Assembly: GCA_964410185.1 (NCBI GenBank)
Contig: CAYPFM010000003.1
Coordinates: forward strand, 150,119 to 214,118
DNA: 64,000 nt
Source of the DNA: an uncultured Candidatus Saccharibacteria bacterium
GTDB taxonomy: Bacteria; Patescibacteriota; Saccharimonadia; Saccharimonadales; JAUPVS01
Direction of reading: 5' to 3'
The position numbers and the translations under genes were made by a program. A model generated the notes under the pieces. That model saw only the letters and a list, made by a program, of their open reading frames with translations, was not told the DNA's origin and did no database searches. This document shows positions 1 to 9,968 of the stretch, piece by piece (positions within the stretch are counted from its first letter, which is position 1; the number at the start of each line of letters is the position of its first letter).

Positions 1-263
1 CCCAGTTCGTATTCCAACCGGCGAGCGATTGCCGCTTCATCAGTCTCCTTAGGCGCGGGGTGTCCGCAGCAACTATTGGTCCAGACCGTCGGCCAGACTT
101 TTTTGCTTGCCGCGCGTTGGGTTACCAAAATCCTGCCCTTTCTATCAAAGACATAGCAGGAAAAGGCACGATGAAGTGGCGTATGGGCATTGTGGGCCGG
201 CAACTTTTCGGCCGTACCGGTTGGGCGGCCCGACTCATCACATAGAACAATCAACTCGGTCAT
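1..263 (-). CDS. idi: isopentenyl-diphosphate delta-isomerase type 1 (N-terminal part; gene runs off the left edge)
   Basis: Not in ORF track (no stop inside window). Manual translation from ATG at 263-261: MTELIVLCDESGRPTGTAEKLPAHNAHTPLHRAFSCYVFDRKGRILVTQRAASKKVWPTVWTNSCCGHP..., which carries the LHRAFS and WTNSCCGHP signatures of Nudix-type IDI. Confidence 0.75.
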   Translation of the reverse strand, partial: MTELIVLCDESGRPTGTAEKLPAHNAHTPLHRAFSCYVFDRKGRILVTQRAASKKVWPTVWTNSCCGHPAPKETDEAAIARRLEYEL

Positions 264-267
264 ACTG

Positions 268-663
268 TTATTCGGCTTCTTGCAACACTGACAGGATGTT
301 GCCCGCTGGGTCTTTAAACCAGGCAATGTCGGGCCCTTGCTTGGCAGCCAAGCCACGCATCACGCCCTTTTCGTCAGTCTTGGCACCATTCCCAAAATCG
401 TATTGCTCAAAGCTCACCCCAGCAGCCGTCAAGTCATCAACAACGCTGTTAATATCCTTGACCGGAAAATTAAGGATGGTAAAGCCGGCAGCCTGATGAT
501 CGTCTTTGGCATAGATAAAAATACCCGTACCATTGCCCAGTTGCAAGCGAAGACCCATGGGGCTGTCTTCAACCTTTAAGCCAAGTGTTTGGCCATAAAA
601 ATCCTTCGCCGCAGCCAGGTCGGATACCGAAAAGCCGCTAAACGCATCTGAGTCCTGCAACAC
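268..663 (-). CDS. VOC/glyoxalase-family protein
   Basis: 131 aa; FSVSDLAAAKDFYGQTLGLKV and a C-terminal WFKDPAGNIL pattern typical of glyoxalase/bleomycin-resistance fold. Confidence 0.7.
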   Translation of the reverse strand: MLQDSDAFSGFSVSDLAAAKDFYGQTLGLKVEDSPMGLRLQLGNGTGIFIYAKDDHQAAGFTILNFPVKDINSVVDDLTAAGVSFEQYDFGNGAKTDEKGVMRGLAAKQGPDIAWFKDPAGNILSVLQEAE

Positions 664-691
664 AACCCCTCCTTTATTGATTAGTTACCAA

Positions 692-913
692 CTAGGCGGC
701 TGGTGACGCTGGTGGTGTCTGTGAGCGAGTACGATCATCAACCACATAGGCCAAGATGATAGCCAGTGGGAAGAAGAATAGGCTCAAGATAAAGAACAAG
801 AAGAAACTGTGACCCTTACGTCCAGCCACGCGTGCTGGCCAAAAAGCGATCATTAACCAAATAATTCCGATGAAGACCCAGTACATTGTTGATAAGACGT
901 TCATAGCTGCCAC
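692..913 (-). CDS. small integral membrane protein
   Basis: 73 aa, two hydrophobic helices; no family recognised. Confidence 0.4.
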   Translation of the reverse strand: MAAMNVLSTMYWVFIGIIWLMIAFWPARVAGRKGHSFFLFFILSLFFFPLAIILAYVVDDRTRSQTPPASPAA

Positions 914-963
914 TCCCTGTATTAATAGTATGCTTTTACTATCTCACGAAGCTCCGTTATTTT

Positions 964-1587
964 CTAGGTTTTGTGGATAAACGGAGCGCTTTTGTTAAGG
1001 TTTTTGGCAGACAGCTGCTCAACCATCGCTTTTGCTACTGCCGGCCGACTAATCGACTCCCACGGCAACGGAACATTGCTGTTCAGTTTATAGCTGGTGT
1101 AGGTGCCATTAGTCATCACGGGTGAGCGAAGAACCGTCCAGTCCAGACCACTGTCTTGTAGGATCCGCAGGTGTTCTTCGCTATCGACAATAATTTTGTG
1201 GGCAATCAGACCAAAGCTAAAATGACCTAGCTTGTCGAGCAATTTTGGTTTGTCGCCTGCAGCGTAGGCACCCGAACCCGTCAGTGTCACAATCCGCTGG
1301 ATGCCGGCTTCCTGCATGGCAGGCACGACGACGCGCATTGCCGACGAGAGAATATCTTTCGTTTTGGTACCCCAGCTTCCGAGTGCACTGACCACCGCTT
1401 GGCTACCCGCCAGAGCCTTGGCAATCGCCTGGGCATCGTGAATATCGCCCTTAACAAAGCGGAGCTTTGGTTGAGCTGGTAGCTCGGTTCTATGCACAAA
1501 AGCCACTACGCTGTGACCCTCATCCAAAAGACGCTGAGTTACCAAACGCCCGATTTTACCGGATGCGCCAAATACAGTTACTTGCAT
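964..1587 (-). CDS. NAD(P)H-binding SDR-like oxidoreductase
   Basis: Start moved to MQVTVFGASGKIGRLV (GxxGxxG Rossmann motif at the N-terminus). Confidence 0.7.
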   Translation of the reverse strand: MQVTVFGASGKIGRLVTQRLLDEGHSVVAFVHRTELPAQPKLRFVKGDIHDAQAIAKALAGSQAVVSALGSWGTKTKDILSSAMRVVVPAMQEAGIQRIVTLTGSGAYAAGDKPKLLDKLGHFSFGLIAHKIIVDSEEHLRILQDSGLDWTVLRSPVMTNGTYTSYKLNSNVPLPWESISRPAVAKAMVEQLSAKNLNKSAPFIHKT

Positions 1588-1648
1588 AACCTTATTGTAC
1601 ACCTGGGGGACTGATCCGGTGGCTATAAGCTGGTCTTGTTCCTAGCCC

Positions 1649-2116
1649 CTAGTGGGGTCGTACAAAGGTGAACCAGTAGGCAAACACGTAGGCGCCGCTA
1701 GCAAAAAAGACGCCCGCCACCATCCAGCGTTTATACATTTGCTTATTAAGGTCCAGCAGATAAACAGTGACCGTCGCGATTAGAACGCCAGGAAAGATTG
1801 GACAGAAGAATGCAAAGAGTCGCAGGCCGTGTTTGTTGATGAGAATCCGTGCCTTCAGAACGTGTTTGTTTTTATCACCTTCGTCAAAAACGGTAACCAC
1901 TTTTCGGCCGACACGGTGTTTGCTAACCTTCTGCTTGAAGCGGCGACTGCTAATGTGGTCGCCAATGTAAATAACTACTAACGCCGAGATAAGCGAACCA
2001 AGGGCATTACCAAGCCAGACAATAATTGGCGAGCTATTAACCGTAAAACTAATCGGAATGGAGGCGCTACCAATAACGATACAAAGGATAGCGATGTGGA
2101 TGATGTCTTTTAGCAT
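1649..2116 (-). CDS. polytopic membrane protein
   Basis: Start moved to MLKDIIHIA to avoid overlap with the divergent glycosylase gene; several TM segments. Confidence 0.4.
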   Translation of the reverse strand: MLKDIIHIAILCIVIGSASIPISFTVNSSPIIVWLGNALGSLISALVVIYIGDHISSRRFKQKVSKHRVGRKVVTVFDEGDKNKHVLKARILINKHGLRLFAFFCPIFPGVLIATVTVYLLDLNKQMYKRWMVAGVFFASGAYVFAYWFTFVRPH

Positions 2117-2204
2117 GTGATTGATTTTAAGTGTAGCCAGCCGCCACGCGAAACACAAGTCAACCGCGTTGTACACCTGTGAACATGGCACTATACTACT
2201 AGCT

Positions 2205-3116
2205 ATGAGCAAAGCCATACTAACAAAAACCATTAAGCCGCAGGGACCGTTTGATCTGCTCCATCAAAATCAGTTTTTTAATGGCTGGCCAACGCTGGCT
2301 GCCGACCCCAAAACTATCGTCCTGTGTTTTCCAGTCGAAGACTGGTCTGGAGTAGCCGCCGTAACTTTTACCCAGCCAGCCTCTGATCAACTGACAGTTG
2401 CCGTCTATGGGACGGCTGACCCGGCAGTGGCGCTGTCTCAGGCCTTGGCCTGTCTGTCGCTTGACGAAGACGGTGACGGCTGGCAGTCCGTCGGTAACAA
2501 AGATCCCTTTTTGAAGGACTTGCAAGCAAAGTATCAACTGATGCGACCAAGTCTGTTTCACAGCGCCTACGAAGCGGCCGCGGCCTTCATTATCGGCCAC
2601 CGTATCACCATTGCTCAGGGTCGAAAAATCCGGCAAAGTATCGCTCAAGCCTACGGTCAGCCGGTACTCGTCGGGGATGAAACGTTCTACGCCTTCCCCA
2701 CCCCAAGTGCCCTCCTCGATATCACCGCCGTTCAAGGCTTGAACGACACCAAGATAGCCCGCTTACATGCCGTCGCTCAAGCCGCCCTTGCAGGCAAACT
2801 CAGTCGAGACCACCTGCGCAGCCTTCCCGAACCGCAAGCCTTAGCAGAACTCGAAACGCTTCCTGGAATCGGGCCATTCTTTTCTCAGGGCATCCTCTAC
2901 CGTGGCGTTGGCATTAAAGATGGGTTTACCCAGGATGACATGACCTTTCACGCCATCAAAACTGCCTATAACTTGCCTGAAGATGCCAGCATGGACACAG
3001 TTGTAGCTATTGCCGACCAATGGCGACCATACCGGATGTGGGCTATTGTCTTATTACACGTGTGGCTGCGCGAGACCAATAATTTTCCCAAGCGCACTTT
3101 TAGCGGCAAGCGCTAA
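2205..3116 (+). CDS. HhH-GPD DNA glycosylase (AlkA / 3-methyladenine glycosylase II-like)
   Basis: Start moved to MSKAILTK (ATG 2205). Helix-hairpin-helix LETLPGIGPFFSQGILYRG; C-terminal WRPYRMWA motif. Confidence 0.65.
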   Translation: MSKAILTKTIKPQGPFDLLHQNQFFNGWPTLAADPKTIVLCFPVEDWSGVAAVTFTQPASDQLTVAVYGTADPAVALSQALACLSLDEDGDGWQSVGNKDPFLKDLQAKYQLMRPSLFHSAYEAAAAFIIGHRITIAQGRKIRQSIAQAYGQPVLVGDETFYAFPTPSALLDITAVQGLNDTKIARLHAVAQAALAGKLSRDHLRSLPEPQALAELETLPGIGPFFSQGILYRGVGIKDGFTQDDMTFHAIKTAYNLPEDASMDTVVAIADQWRPYRMWAIVLLHVWLRETNNFPKRTFSGKR

Positions 3117-3225
3117 CATCTTTTCTTCCATCTAAATATGGGTTATATTAATGCTACGCTTTTACGAAAGCGGACATGGGGAAGATTAGGGCAACCTAGT
3201 CTTCTCCACCAGATCGAAGCTACAG

Positions 3226-3246
3226 CCCTCCAGTCGGAGGGTTTTT
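3226..3246 (+). terminator. rho-independent terminator
   Basis: CCCTCC-AGTC-GGAGGG followed by TTTTTG. Confidence 0.5.
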
Positions 3247-3255
3247 GATTTACTC

Positions 3256-3870
3256 CTAGTTCGATGAGTGGACAGAAACGGTTACGAGCGTTTTATCAGT
3301 GGCTTCATTAGCTTGCTTGCTAACCGTAACGCTCGTGGTAGTGTCGCCCTTTTCAAAGGTTAAGATTGTGCCGTCGCCGTAGGAGCTTTCGTGCGTGCTA
3401 GTCCACCCTTGATTTACCAGCTGTGTTCGGTAATAGTCGACAACGGATTGGGTTGAACTACTGGTTTTGGCAGCCAGGCTAAAGCCCTTGTTATCGCTCT
3501 TGGTGGCATAGATGATAGTCGACGGCTTGTAGACAGGTACATCGCTTGGCCAGCCCTGTGGCAAGGTCGCACCCGTGCCATAGGTAGCCGACGTTTGACC
3601 ATCGCTGCTCTTAACTGTTACAGTGCTGCCATTTTTGCCAACCTTCACGTTCTCGGTTGCCTTGTGAAAAACCGCCGCAAAGAAGACCGTCATCAAAATT
3701 GCTCCGAGCACTCCCAAACCAAAAAGAACCCCAAGCACAATCAAAACAATCTTGAGCGTATTGTCCTTCTTGGGTGCCGCGGCGGCAGCTGCCGTAGCGG
3801 TTTTGGTGGTTTCTTTTGCGTCTTCCTTCTTATCTTCAGCCATAACGTCCTCCTTGCTTATACTTTCCAT
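3256..3870 (-). CDS. membrane-anchored extracytoplasmic protein, unknown function
   Basis: Lys/Ala-rich N-terminus, single TM (IVLIVLGVLFGLGVLGAILMTVFF), Ser/Thr-rich ectodomain. Confidence 0.45.
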   Translation of the reverse strand: MESISKEDVMAEDKKEDAKETTKTATAAAAAAPKKDNTLKIVLIVLGVLFGLGVLGAILMTVFFAAVFHKATENVKVGKNGSTVTVKSSDGQTSATYGTGATLPQGWPSDVPVYKPSTIIYATKSDNKGFSLAAKTSSSTQSVVDYYRTQLVNQGWTSTHESSYGDGTILTFEKGDTTTSVTVSKQANEATDKTLVTVSVHSSN

Positions 3871-3907
3871 TATCTACCGCTTACAGCCATTTGCAAGCGC
3901 AGGCTCA

Positions 3908-4339
3908 TTAGTCTCCCAGTTTTTGGTAGATAAGCTCCGTCAGCTTTTGGGCAAGCATCAAGCAGGCCACGATGAGCAGCAGCCCAAAAAAGCCACTAAT
4001 TTCTACTTCGTCGCCAAAGACAAGGCTAATTACTCCTAAAAAGATGAACTTGGAGAAGAACATGATCAGCCAGATGCTAAAGCCCAGACCAATTGTATGC
4101 TTGGTCTGACGTTCTTTTGGGAACAGGGATTTTACCCAATCCTTAAAGACAAGTGTGAGATAGGTTAGCAGCTGCATAACGACCGCCACCGCGAAGGTCA
4201 CCGAATAGGTGCCGGTATGTAGAATGGTGGTGTAGTCATTAAAAAAGCCAAGCACTACCGTGTAGAGCAGTATGCCAACAAACATATCCCGAAACAGCTG
4301 CTGTTTTTTGTTGATAGCGGGTACTTTTTTGGACGTCAT
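3908..4339 (-). CDS. integral membrane protein
   Basis: 143 aa, four predicted TM helices. Confidence 0.45.
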   Translation of the reverse strand: MTSKKVPAINKKQQLFRDMFVGILLYTVVLGFFNDYTTILHTGTYSVTFAVAVVMQLLTYLTLVFKDWVKSLFPKERQTKHTIGLGFSIWLIMFFSKFIFLGVISLVFGDEVEISGFFGLLLIVACLMLAQKLTELIYQKLGD

Positions 4340-4352
4340 CTGATGGCAAATT

Positions 4353-5567
4353 CTAGTCAGCTTGGGAGTCGGCTGCTTGTAAGGTCTGCAGTACTTGATC
4401 GATTATCACTTGCGCCTCGTAGGTCTTAATAACGTGCACACCAACGCGACTCGTTGGTGAAGAGATGCATTCGGCGTGTTCCTGGTTTTTGACCTCATCG
4501 ATTTCAACGCCTAAAAAGCCTAAGCCCTCGCAAATACGTGAACGAATCGGCACGGCATTTTCTCCAATGCCGCCAGAGAACACGATTGAATCGATGCCAC
4601 CCAGCGTGACTGACAACGAGCCAATTGCCTTCTTAACCTGATAGACAAAGAGTTGGATGGTTTGCGCCACGGCTTCGTTGTTGGCTTCGTTCTGGAGCAA
4701 AACCTCCATGTCGGCAGATAGTTCCGACATCCCGAGCAGTCCAGACTGGAAATTAACGATATTGTTATACTCTTCAATCCCCAGGCCATAGACAACCTGC
4801 ATATAGCGAGCAATGCCCGGATCAAGGTCACCCGAACGTGTGCTCATCATCAGGCCCGATGCTGGTGTAAAGCTCATTGTCGTATCGACTGGCTTGCCAT
4901 TGTGGAGCGCGGCCAGACTGGCACCAGTACCAAGATGTGCAAAGAGAACCCGCCCATTGGCGGCTGTCTCACCCGCAACACGGCGGAACTCACCAAGCAG
5001 ATACTCATATGACAAACCATGAAAACCATAGCGTCGCAGCCCTTCGGCCTGATACTTGTGCGGCACTGGCAATAATTGGGCGACTTTAGGCAGGTCATGG
5101 AAGAAGTTACTATCGTAGCAAGCGACCTGTGGCAATTCGGGCAGTTGTTCGCGCATCACCTGAATGAGTTCCAGAGCAATTAATAGGTGTTCGGGGTCAA
5201 AGTTGATGTAGCGACGGAAGTCTTCAACCAACTCATCGGTGATAAGTTCCGGCTGGGTGTGGTTGGGTCCACCCTGTACTATCCGATGACCAATACCAAT
5301 AATGCTGTGATGATCGGCTTTTTCGCGCATCCAGTTGGTCAAGGTACTAATTGCCGAAGAGCGGTCTGACTTCTCGAGGTTAAGGACCTCCTCGCCACCG
5401 TCACCGTGACGAGTGATAAATTGAGCGGCGTTTTGGCCAATGCCCGTAACGGTGGCATTTTGGTGATGTCGATCATCTTGGTTTTCGGCTCCCACCTTTA
5501 ATAGATCAAGCTTGATGCTTGATGATCCGGCGTTAACCGTTAGTACATAATCGCCCGCCCATTTCAT
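4353..5567 (-). CDS. ackA: acetate kinase
   Basis: 404 aa; VLTVNAGSSSIKLDL N-terminal motif, GIGHRIVQGG, FHGLSYEY. Confidence 0.9.
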   Translation of the reverse strand: MKWAGDYVLTVNAGSSSIKLDLLKVGAENQDDRHHQNATVTGIGQNAAQFITRHGDGGEEVLNLEKSDRSSAISTLTNWMREKADHHSIIGIGHRIVQGGPNHTQPELITDELVEDFRRYINFDPEHLLIALELIQVMREQLPELPQVACYDSNFFHDLPKVAQLLPVPHKYQAEGLRRYGFHGLSYEYLLGEFRRVAGETAANGRVLFAHLGTGASLAALHNGKPVDTTMSFTPASGLMMSTRSGDLDPGIARYMQVVYGLGIEEYNNIVNFQSGLLGMSELSADMEVLLQNEANNEAVAQTIQLFVYQVKKAIGSLSVTLGGIDSIVFSGGIGENAVPIRSRICEGLGFLGVEIDEVKNQEHAECISSPTSRVGVHVIKTYEAQVIIDQVLQTLQAADSQAD

Positions 5568-5653
5568 TACTTACATAGTAGCAGATTTAAGCGCAAGCGT
5601 TTAGCTAACTTTTAGCGTTTTTTAACGGTCTGTGGAATAGTGCAAGTATACTG

Positions 5654-6205
5654 ATGCGTATGAACCCGTACATAGTTCTTCTTCGCGGCATCAATGTTGG
5701 CGGCAAAAACCGTGTCCCCATGGCCGAGCTAAAGACTTGTTTGGAGGCAGCGGGCTTTTCAGATGTCTCCACCTATATTGCCAGCGGCAACGTTCTGCTC
5801 AGGTCTAACAAAACCGCAACAGAAATTAAGGCCCGGGTTGAAGCGATCCTTCCCAAGACTTTTTTGCTAGAGGGTGACAGCATCAAGGTCCTAGTCTTAT
5901 CGCGTAAAGAACTCCAGGCTGTCATTGCGAACAAGCCCCCGGGCTTTGGCGAGCAGCCGGACACCTATCACAGTGATGTCATCTTTTTAATAGACATTGA
6001 TCCGTCCCAAGCCATGACCGTCTTTGCTCCCCGCGAGGGAGTAGACGCCGTTTGGCCAGGACAAGGAGTCATCTACTCGCAACGGCTCAGCGCCCTGCGC
6101 ACCAAGAGCCGACTGAATAGAATGATGGGCACCCCCGCCTATAAGTCCATGACAATTCGAACCTGGGGCACCACTACAAAATTGTTGGATTTGCTGCAGG
6201 CTTAA
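5654..6205 (+). CDS. DUF1697 family protein
   Basis: YIVLLRGINVGGKNRVPMAELK N-terminus is characteristic of DUF1697. Confidence 0.7.
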   Translation: MRMNPYIVLLRGINVGGKNRVPMAELKTCLEAAGFSDVSTYIASGNVLLRSNKTATEIKARVEAILPKTFLLEGDSIKVLVLSRKELQAVIANKPPGFGEQPDTYHSDVIFLIDIDPSQAMTVFAPREGVDAVWPGQGVIYSQRLSALRTKSRLNRMMGTPAYKSMTIRTWGTTTKLLDLLQA

Positions 6206-6245
6206 TTGCGGCCCCTTGCGGGCATCTTTTCAGCTTTAGGAAGTT

Positions 6246-6632
6246 TTACTTAGTTTTTGACAGAGAAACAAAATACGCTGCAAAAGCAACCACAAATCCG
6301 ACTGCCATGGCCAGTGTGGCCCAGGCGTTGCCGCTGCGCATGGCAATGCTGCCGGTACCAAAGGCAACGATGATGGCGACGAGTCCGAGCCACGATTCGG
6401 GCACTAAGCGCTTTAGCCGTTGAGCTCGTGCTACGCGAAGGCTAGCGATAACAAGAATATAAACACCTAGGAAGATATGGGCACCAAGCACCGCCTTTTG
6501 CGTCATGGAAGTCGATTGGGGCTCGTATTCAATTACCGTGGTTAATGCGACGCCGAGCAAAAATTGCAAGCCCAGGGTGGCAATCAGTTCAGTTAGTTGT
6601 TTTTTGGTTTTGTCTACAGTGGTTGTTTTCAT
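6246..6632 (-). CDS. integral membrane protein (last gene of the operon)
   Basis: Start moved to MKTTTVDKTKK; four TM helices. Confidence 0.45.
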   Translation of the reverse strand: MKTTTVDKTKKQLTELIATLGLQFLLGVALTTVIEYEPQSTSMTQKAVLGAHIFLGVYILVIASLRVARAQRLKRLVPESWLGLVAIIVAFGTGSIAMRSGNAWATLAMAVGFVVAFAAYFVSLSKTK

Positions 6633-6654
6633 CTTACAAATATAACATAGCTGG

Positions 6655-8094
6655 CTAGATGCTTCCGAGATGACGCACAAAACTACGCAGCGCAATCGTT
6701 AGTGTTGTGCCCGGCACTTGGGATAGGATTCCTGGGATAACCGCAGCATTTGGGTTACGTCGGGTTGCCGCCACCGCGCCAACCGCAAAGGCGTTCGAGT
6801 TATAGCCGTGTGTTTTGGTGGCGATAGCACCATCGCAGGCGCGAATCTTTGGCTCGCGACCTTTCCGGTTAACCGACTGAATTGCATCAAATAGAGCTGG
6901 GTCACGTTCGTTGCCAATTAACACAAAAATACGCGCGTTGTTAATAACAGCTCTTCCCCGCTGGGTTCGTATTTGCAGACTATCATCATAGGTGATTTCT
7001 TTCACGTCGGTAATAACCCGATCGTTGTGTATCATTCGCATATAATTTATGCGATCTTTTAGTAGATCGCCGCTATAACCGGTTAAATAGTTGCTGCTTG
7101 GATCTCTAAAAACTGGTTTGATAGGCTTGCCGTAACGCGTATCCATGTTAGGCAACAATATCTCTTCCTCCGAACGGTCGGTTAGCACAAAGTATGGCAC
7201 CGTTGTTCCATGATCGTCTTCGTAACGATGAATCTGCTTTATCATCGCCGCCGTGCTGTTACCAAGCCCAACCAAAACAATTGGGCGCTTCGATCGGAGC
7301 TCCTTGTTAGTTAGTTTGCGTTGCTGACGCTCAACCCTCGGTCTCCAGCCATGATCATGTTCATCAAGATTGCTTGCAATGCGGCGGCCATCAAGTTTAC
7401 GCGGAATTGGGGTACCATTGGCCAAGACGACGTAGTCAGCCTCGTGCTGCTTGGTGCCAGCCGTAGCCAGCCAGGCGCCGTCGCCATCGCGCACCAAACC
7501 CGTAACTTCAGAACCGACAAACTTGGCCTTACGTAAGTAGTCATGCGCGATACCGGTCAGAAAATCACGCATGTTATTGCCTTGGCGGTCATTGATGCTC
7601 AGTTTGTGTGTAGCTGTAAATGCTAGAGGCGCCGGGTTATTAAAGCCACCCATACGGACGTTTTTGTCGCGCCAGATCCCACCGAATCGTTTGCTGGGAT
7701 CAAAGAATGTAATGTTTTCGGGGTCGGCTCCACGCAGCGTCAAATAGCTGGCTAAAATAATTGAACCGGCACCGGCACCAACCAAAGCGAATCGGTCGTC
7801 ACTAATATCTGGGTACTGCATGTAGCCCTCTTGGCTTCGTCGCACTGGCCATAGGGCGTCAATCTCAGGCACTGGTGAGCGGGGTTCATCTTCGAGTGGT
7901 AGCCCGGTACCAACGTCACGCATATCTTGCATCACAAAACGCCGGTCATCCATACGCGAGCCATAACCAACGATCGTACTCAGATCAACGTCAACCGCCG
8001 CTTCGTGCTCGGGGGTTAGGTACAAGGCGACCTTTGGGTCAGGCGCTACTTCATTTAGACGCCAGGCAACTGGGTGATTGGTCCTAGAACTCAT
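6655..8094 (-). CDS. two-dinucleotide-binding-domain flavoprotein (FAD/NAD(P)H oxidoreductase or monooxygenase)
   Basis: Two Rossmann motifs: LVGAGAGSIILASYL and IVLVGLGNSTAAMIKQI. Confidence 0.45.
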   Translation of the reverse strand: MSSRTNHPVAWRLNEVAPDPKVALYLTPEHEAAVDVDLSTIVGYGSRMDDRRFVMQDMRDVGTGLPLEDEPRSPVPEIDALWPVRRSQEGYMQYPDISDDRFALVGAGAGSIILASYLTLRGADPENITFFDPSKRFGGIWRDKNVRMGGFNNPAPLAFTATHKLSINDRQGNNMRDFLTGIAHDYLRKAKFVGSEVTGLVRDGDGAWLATAGTKQHEADYVVLANGTPIPRKLDGRRIASNLDEHDHGWRPRVERQQRKLTNKELRSKRPIVLVGLGNSTAAMIKQIHRYEDDHGTTVPYFVLTDRSEEEILLPNMDTRYGKPIKPVFRDPSSNYLTGYSGDLLKDRINYMRMIHNDRVITDVKEITYDDSLQIRTQRGRAVINNARIFVLIGNERDPALFDAIQSVNRKGREPKIRACDGAIATKTHGYNSNAFAVGAVAATRRNPNAAVIPGILSQVPGTTLTIALRSFVRHLGSI

Positions 8095-8147
8095 ACTAAT
8101 ACTATATAACGTTGTTGCTTTTTGAGCAATTTAGGTTGTTTTGCTAC

Positions 8148-8543
8148 TTATTGGGCGCGTTGATTTGTGCTTTGTTTAAAGGCATAGCGGATTCCTTTAC
8201 CCGCGAGAGGTTCGTTATCATAACGAGCTAAGATGTGCATGTGGGCATGTGCGACGTTCTGCCCTCCGGTCTCATAGATGTTCCAGCCAATATTGTAGCC
8301 CTGGGGTTTCTCTTTTGTATCTATCAATTCCTTAAACTTTGGGAGAAGCTGATGTAGTCGTAGCCACTCTTTTTCACTAATTTCAAATGGAGTTTCAATA
8401 TGCCGATTAGTAATAGCCATGCCCGCGTTATTAATGCTGCCTTCCTCCATTTCTGTAAAATACCAAAGGTCATCTTCATAAAGCACTTTTACTCGTAGTG
8501 CGTTATTGCTTCTGCAAAAAGGGCAAATTGTCTCTTTGGGCAT
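8148..8543 (-). CDS. HIT-family nucleotide hydrolase/transferase
   Basis: N-terminal CPFC and histidine triad HAHMHILAR. Confidence 0.7.
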   Translation of the reverse strand: MPKETICPFCRSNNALRVKVLYEDDLWYFTEMEEGSINNAGMAITNRHIETPFEISEKEWLRLHQLLPKFKELIDTKEKPQGYNIGWNIYETGGQNVAHAHMHILARYDNEPLAGKGIRYAFKQSTNQRAQ

Positions 8544-8584
8544 GTTCTTACTGTAACAAGTAAGTTTATGCTTAGCAAAATTGT

Positions 8585-9463
8585 TTAAAAGCGCCTTCCG
8601 GTCGACATCATTTTCCGATAAGTAGGTAGGGCCACTTCTTCGATGTGTTTTTGTAGAGCCTTAGGTAGGCGTTTAGTTTCTATCGCTACATCGTTAACTT
8701 TTTTGATACCACGGCTTGTCACAGCGTCTCCAGTCCATGCGTGACTGGCATCGTCAAGTGTTTCGCTGTAGCCGGTGTTTGCATTTACGAACGGCTCCCG
8801 CCACCCATTGGTCATCCTCGCTGTGTAATTAATTGCTAGTATCTTTGCTGCGTAGCGAAGCACTGCCTCAGGCATATTCGTTAGCTCCCATCCATCTACC
8901 ACCAAGCTTGGATTTGGTGCGGTGCCGCTATCAAAGTGTTCGCCAATACTTTGCCAGCTTGTTTTAGAAAAGTCTTTTGACTTGGGTCCATTTTGAAGGA
9001 AATCACTTGCCCTTCTTATCTGATCATCCGTCAAACCCCCTTGAGGGAGGACGTCCATGCCGGAGCCATAAGTTATGTCGTTTGCAATCCGTGTCAGAAG
9101 TGAGCCTATCTGATAGATAGGGTCTCTGATCGCCCAAACAACACGGTCAGAAACGTCGACCATTTTTTGGAAAATTGGCTGGGTCAGATTACGTGCCATA
9201 TTCTTAGTGATTACGGTAAGAGGTCCACCTACCTCCATATCGTTTAGTACTGGCAAAGCTGCATCTAATATCCTACCAGACGCCTCATCACTGTCATGAC
9301 GCATTCTATTAAAAGGTTCATTTACACATATACTCGGTGTATCAGATTCGTTTAGTGCCCTCGCAAGTGCTGTTGAAACGGAACGAGGAACAGCCTCTAT
9401 ATAAATGAGCCTCACCTGTTGATCCTCGACCAGTGCCGAAAGCTGTTCGTAGCTAGACATCAC
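8585..9463 (-). CDS. sulfotransferase-like P-loop protein
   Basis: RLIYIEAVPRSVSTALARAL resembles the 5'-PSB loop (PKSGTT/PRSGST) of sulfotransferases, with G to V. Confidence 0.35.
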   Translation of the reverse strand: MMSSYEQLSALVEDQQVRLIYIEAVPRSVSTALARALNESDTPSICVNEPFNRMRHDSDEASGRILDAALPVLNDMEVGGPLTVITKNMARNLTQPIFQKMVDVSDRVVWAIRDPIYQIGSLLTRIANDITYGSGMDVLPQGGLTDDQIRRASDFLQNGPKSKDFSKTSWQSIGEHFDSGTAPNPSLVVDGWELTNMPEAVLRYAAKILAINYTARMTNGWREPFVNANTGYSETLDDASHAWTGDAVTSRGIKKVNDVAIETKRLPKALQKHIEEVALPTYRKMMSTGRRF

Positions 9464-9968
9464 TTATATCGATCGGTTTTAGTTCAAGAGTCTCGATAAC
9501 CCGTTGCATATGTTTTTGCAGACGAGCTATACGCTGCTCGGTACTGATGTTTTCCTGAAGTAGCTTTGCTGAATCTTGTGCAGCAGTGGTTAGACCCCTA
9601 GCATTTAAGGCACATCCGAGATCGGCACAGCAAAGCCAACTATTGGCTCCACCCCCAGCGACTCTATTGAAAGTCACGAAAGCAATGCGTGATCCAGGTT
9701 GACGGGTAAAGCAAAAATCACAAATGACCGGCTTTATTCTACCCGAGGGGTCAGGCTTTAGCTTCGCCAACAAAAAGGGTCGCGCAAAGAGCCTACCCCC
9801 TATAGAGCAGAGAAGTATGCCGCGGCGCTGAAGTCTATCAAAAACAGGGCTCACTTCAAGGATTGTATTTTCCTCGTTAAAAGCCAAGATAAGCTCTTCC
9901 CTCGTTTGTTTAGTTTTAACCAGGCGCTTCGCTATATTATGAAACGAGTTAGTGCTTAGCTTTACCAT
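9453..9968 (-). CDS. FusB/FBP-family protein (EF-G-binding, C-terminal treble-clef zinc finger)
   Basis: CDFCFTRQPG...SWLCCADLGCALNAR cysteine pattern as in the FBP_C domain. Confidence 0.5.
   Translation of the reverse strand: MVKLSTNSFHNIAKRLVKTKQTREELILAFNEENTILEVSPVFDRLQRRGILLCSIGGRLFARPFLLAKLKPDPSGRIKPVICDFCFTRQPGSRIAFVTFNRVAGGGANSWLCCADLGCALNARGLTTAAQDSAKLLQENISTEQRIARLQKHMQRVIETLELKPIDISDV

Noticed and set aside
60-496. Plus-strand ORFs 60-245 and 107-496 from the ORF track
   Set aside because: They lie antisense to well-supported minus-strand genes (idi 1-263 and the VOC protein 268-663). They have no RBS and low-complexity Arg/Pro/Ala-rich translations typical of antisense frames.
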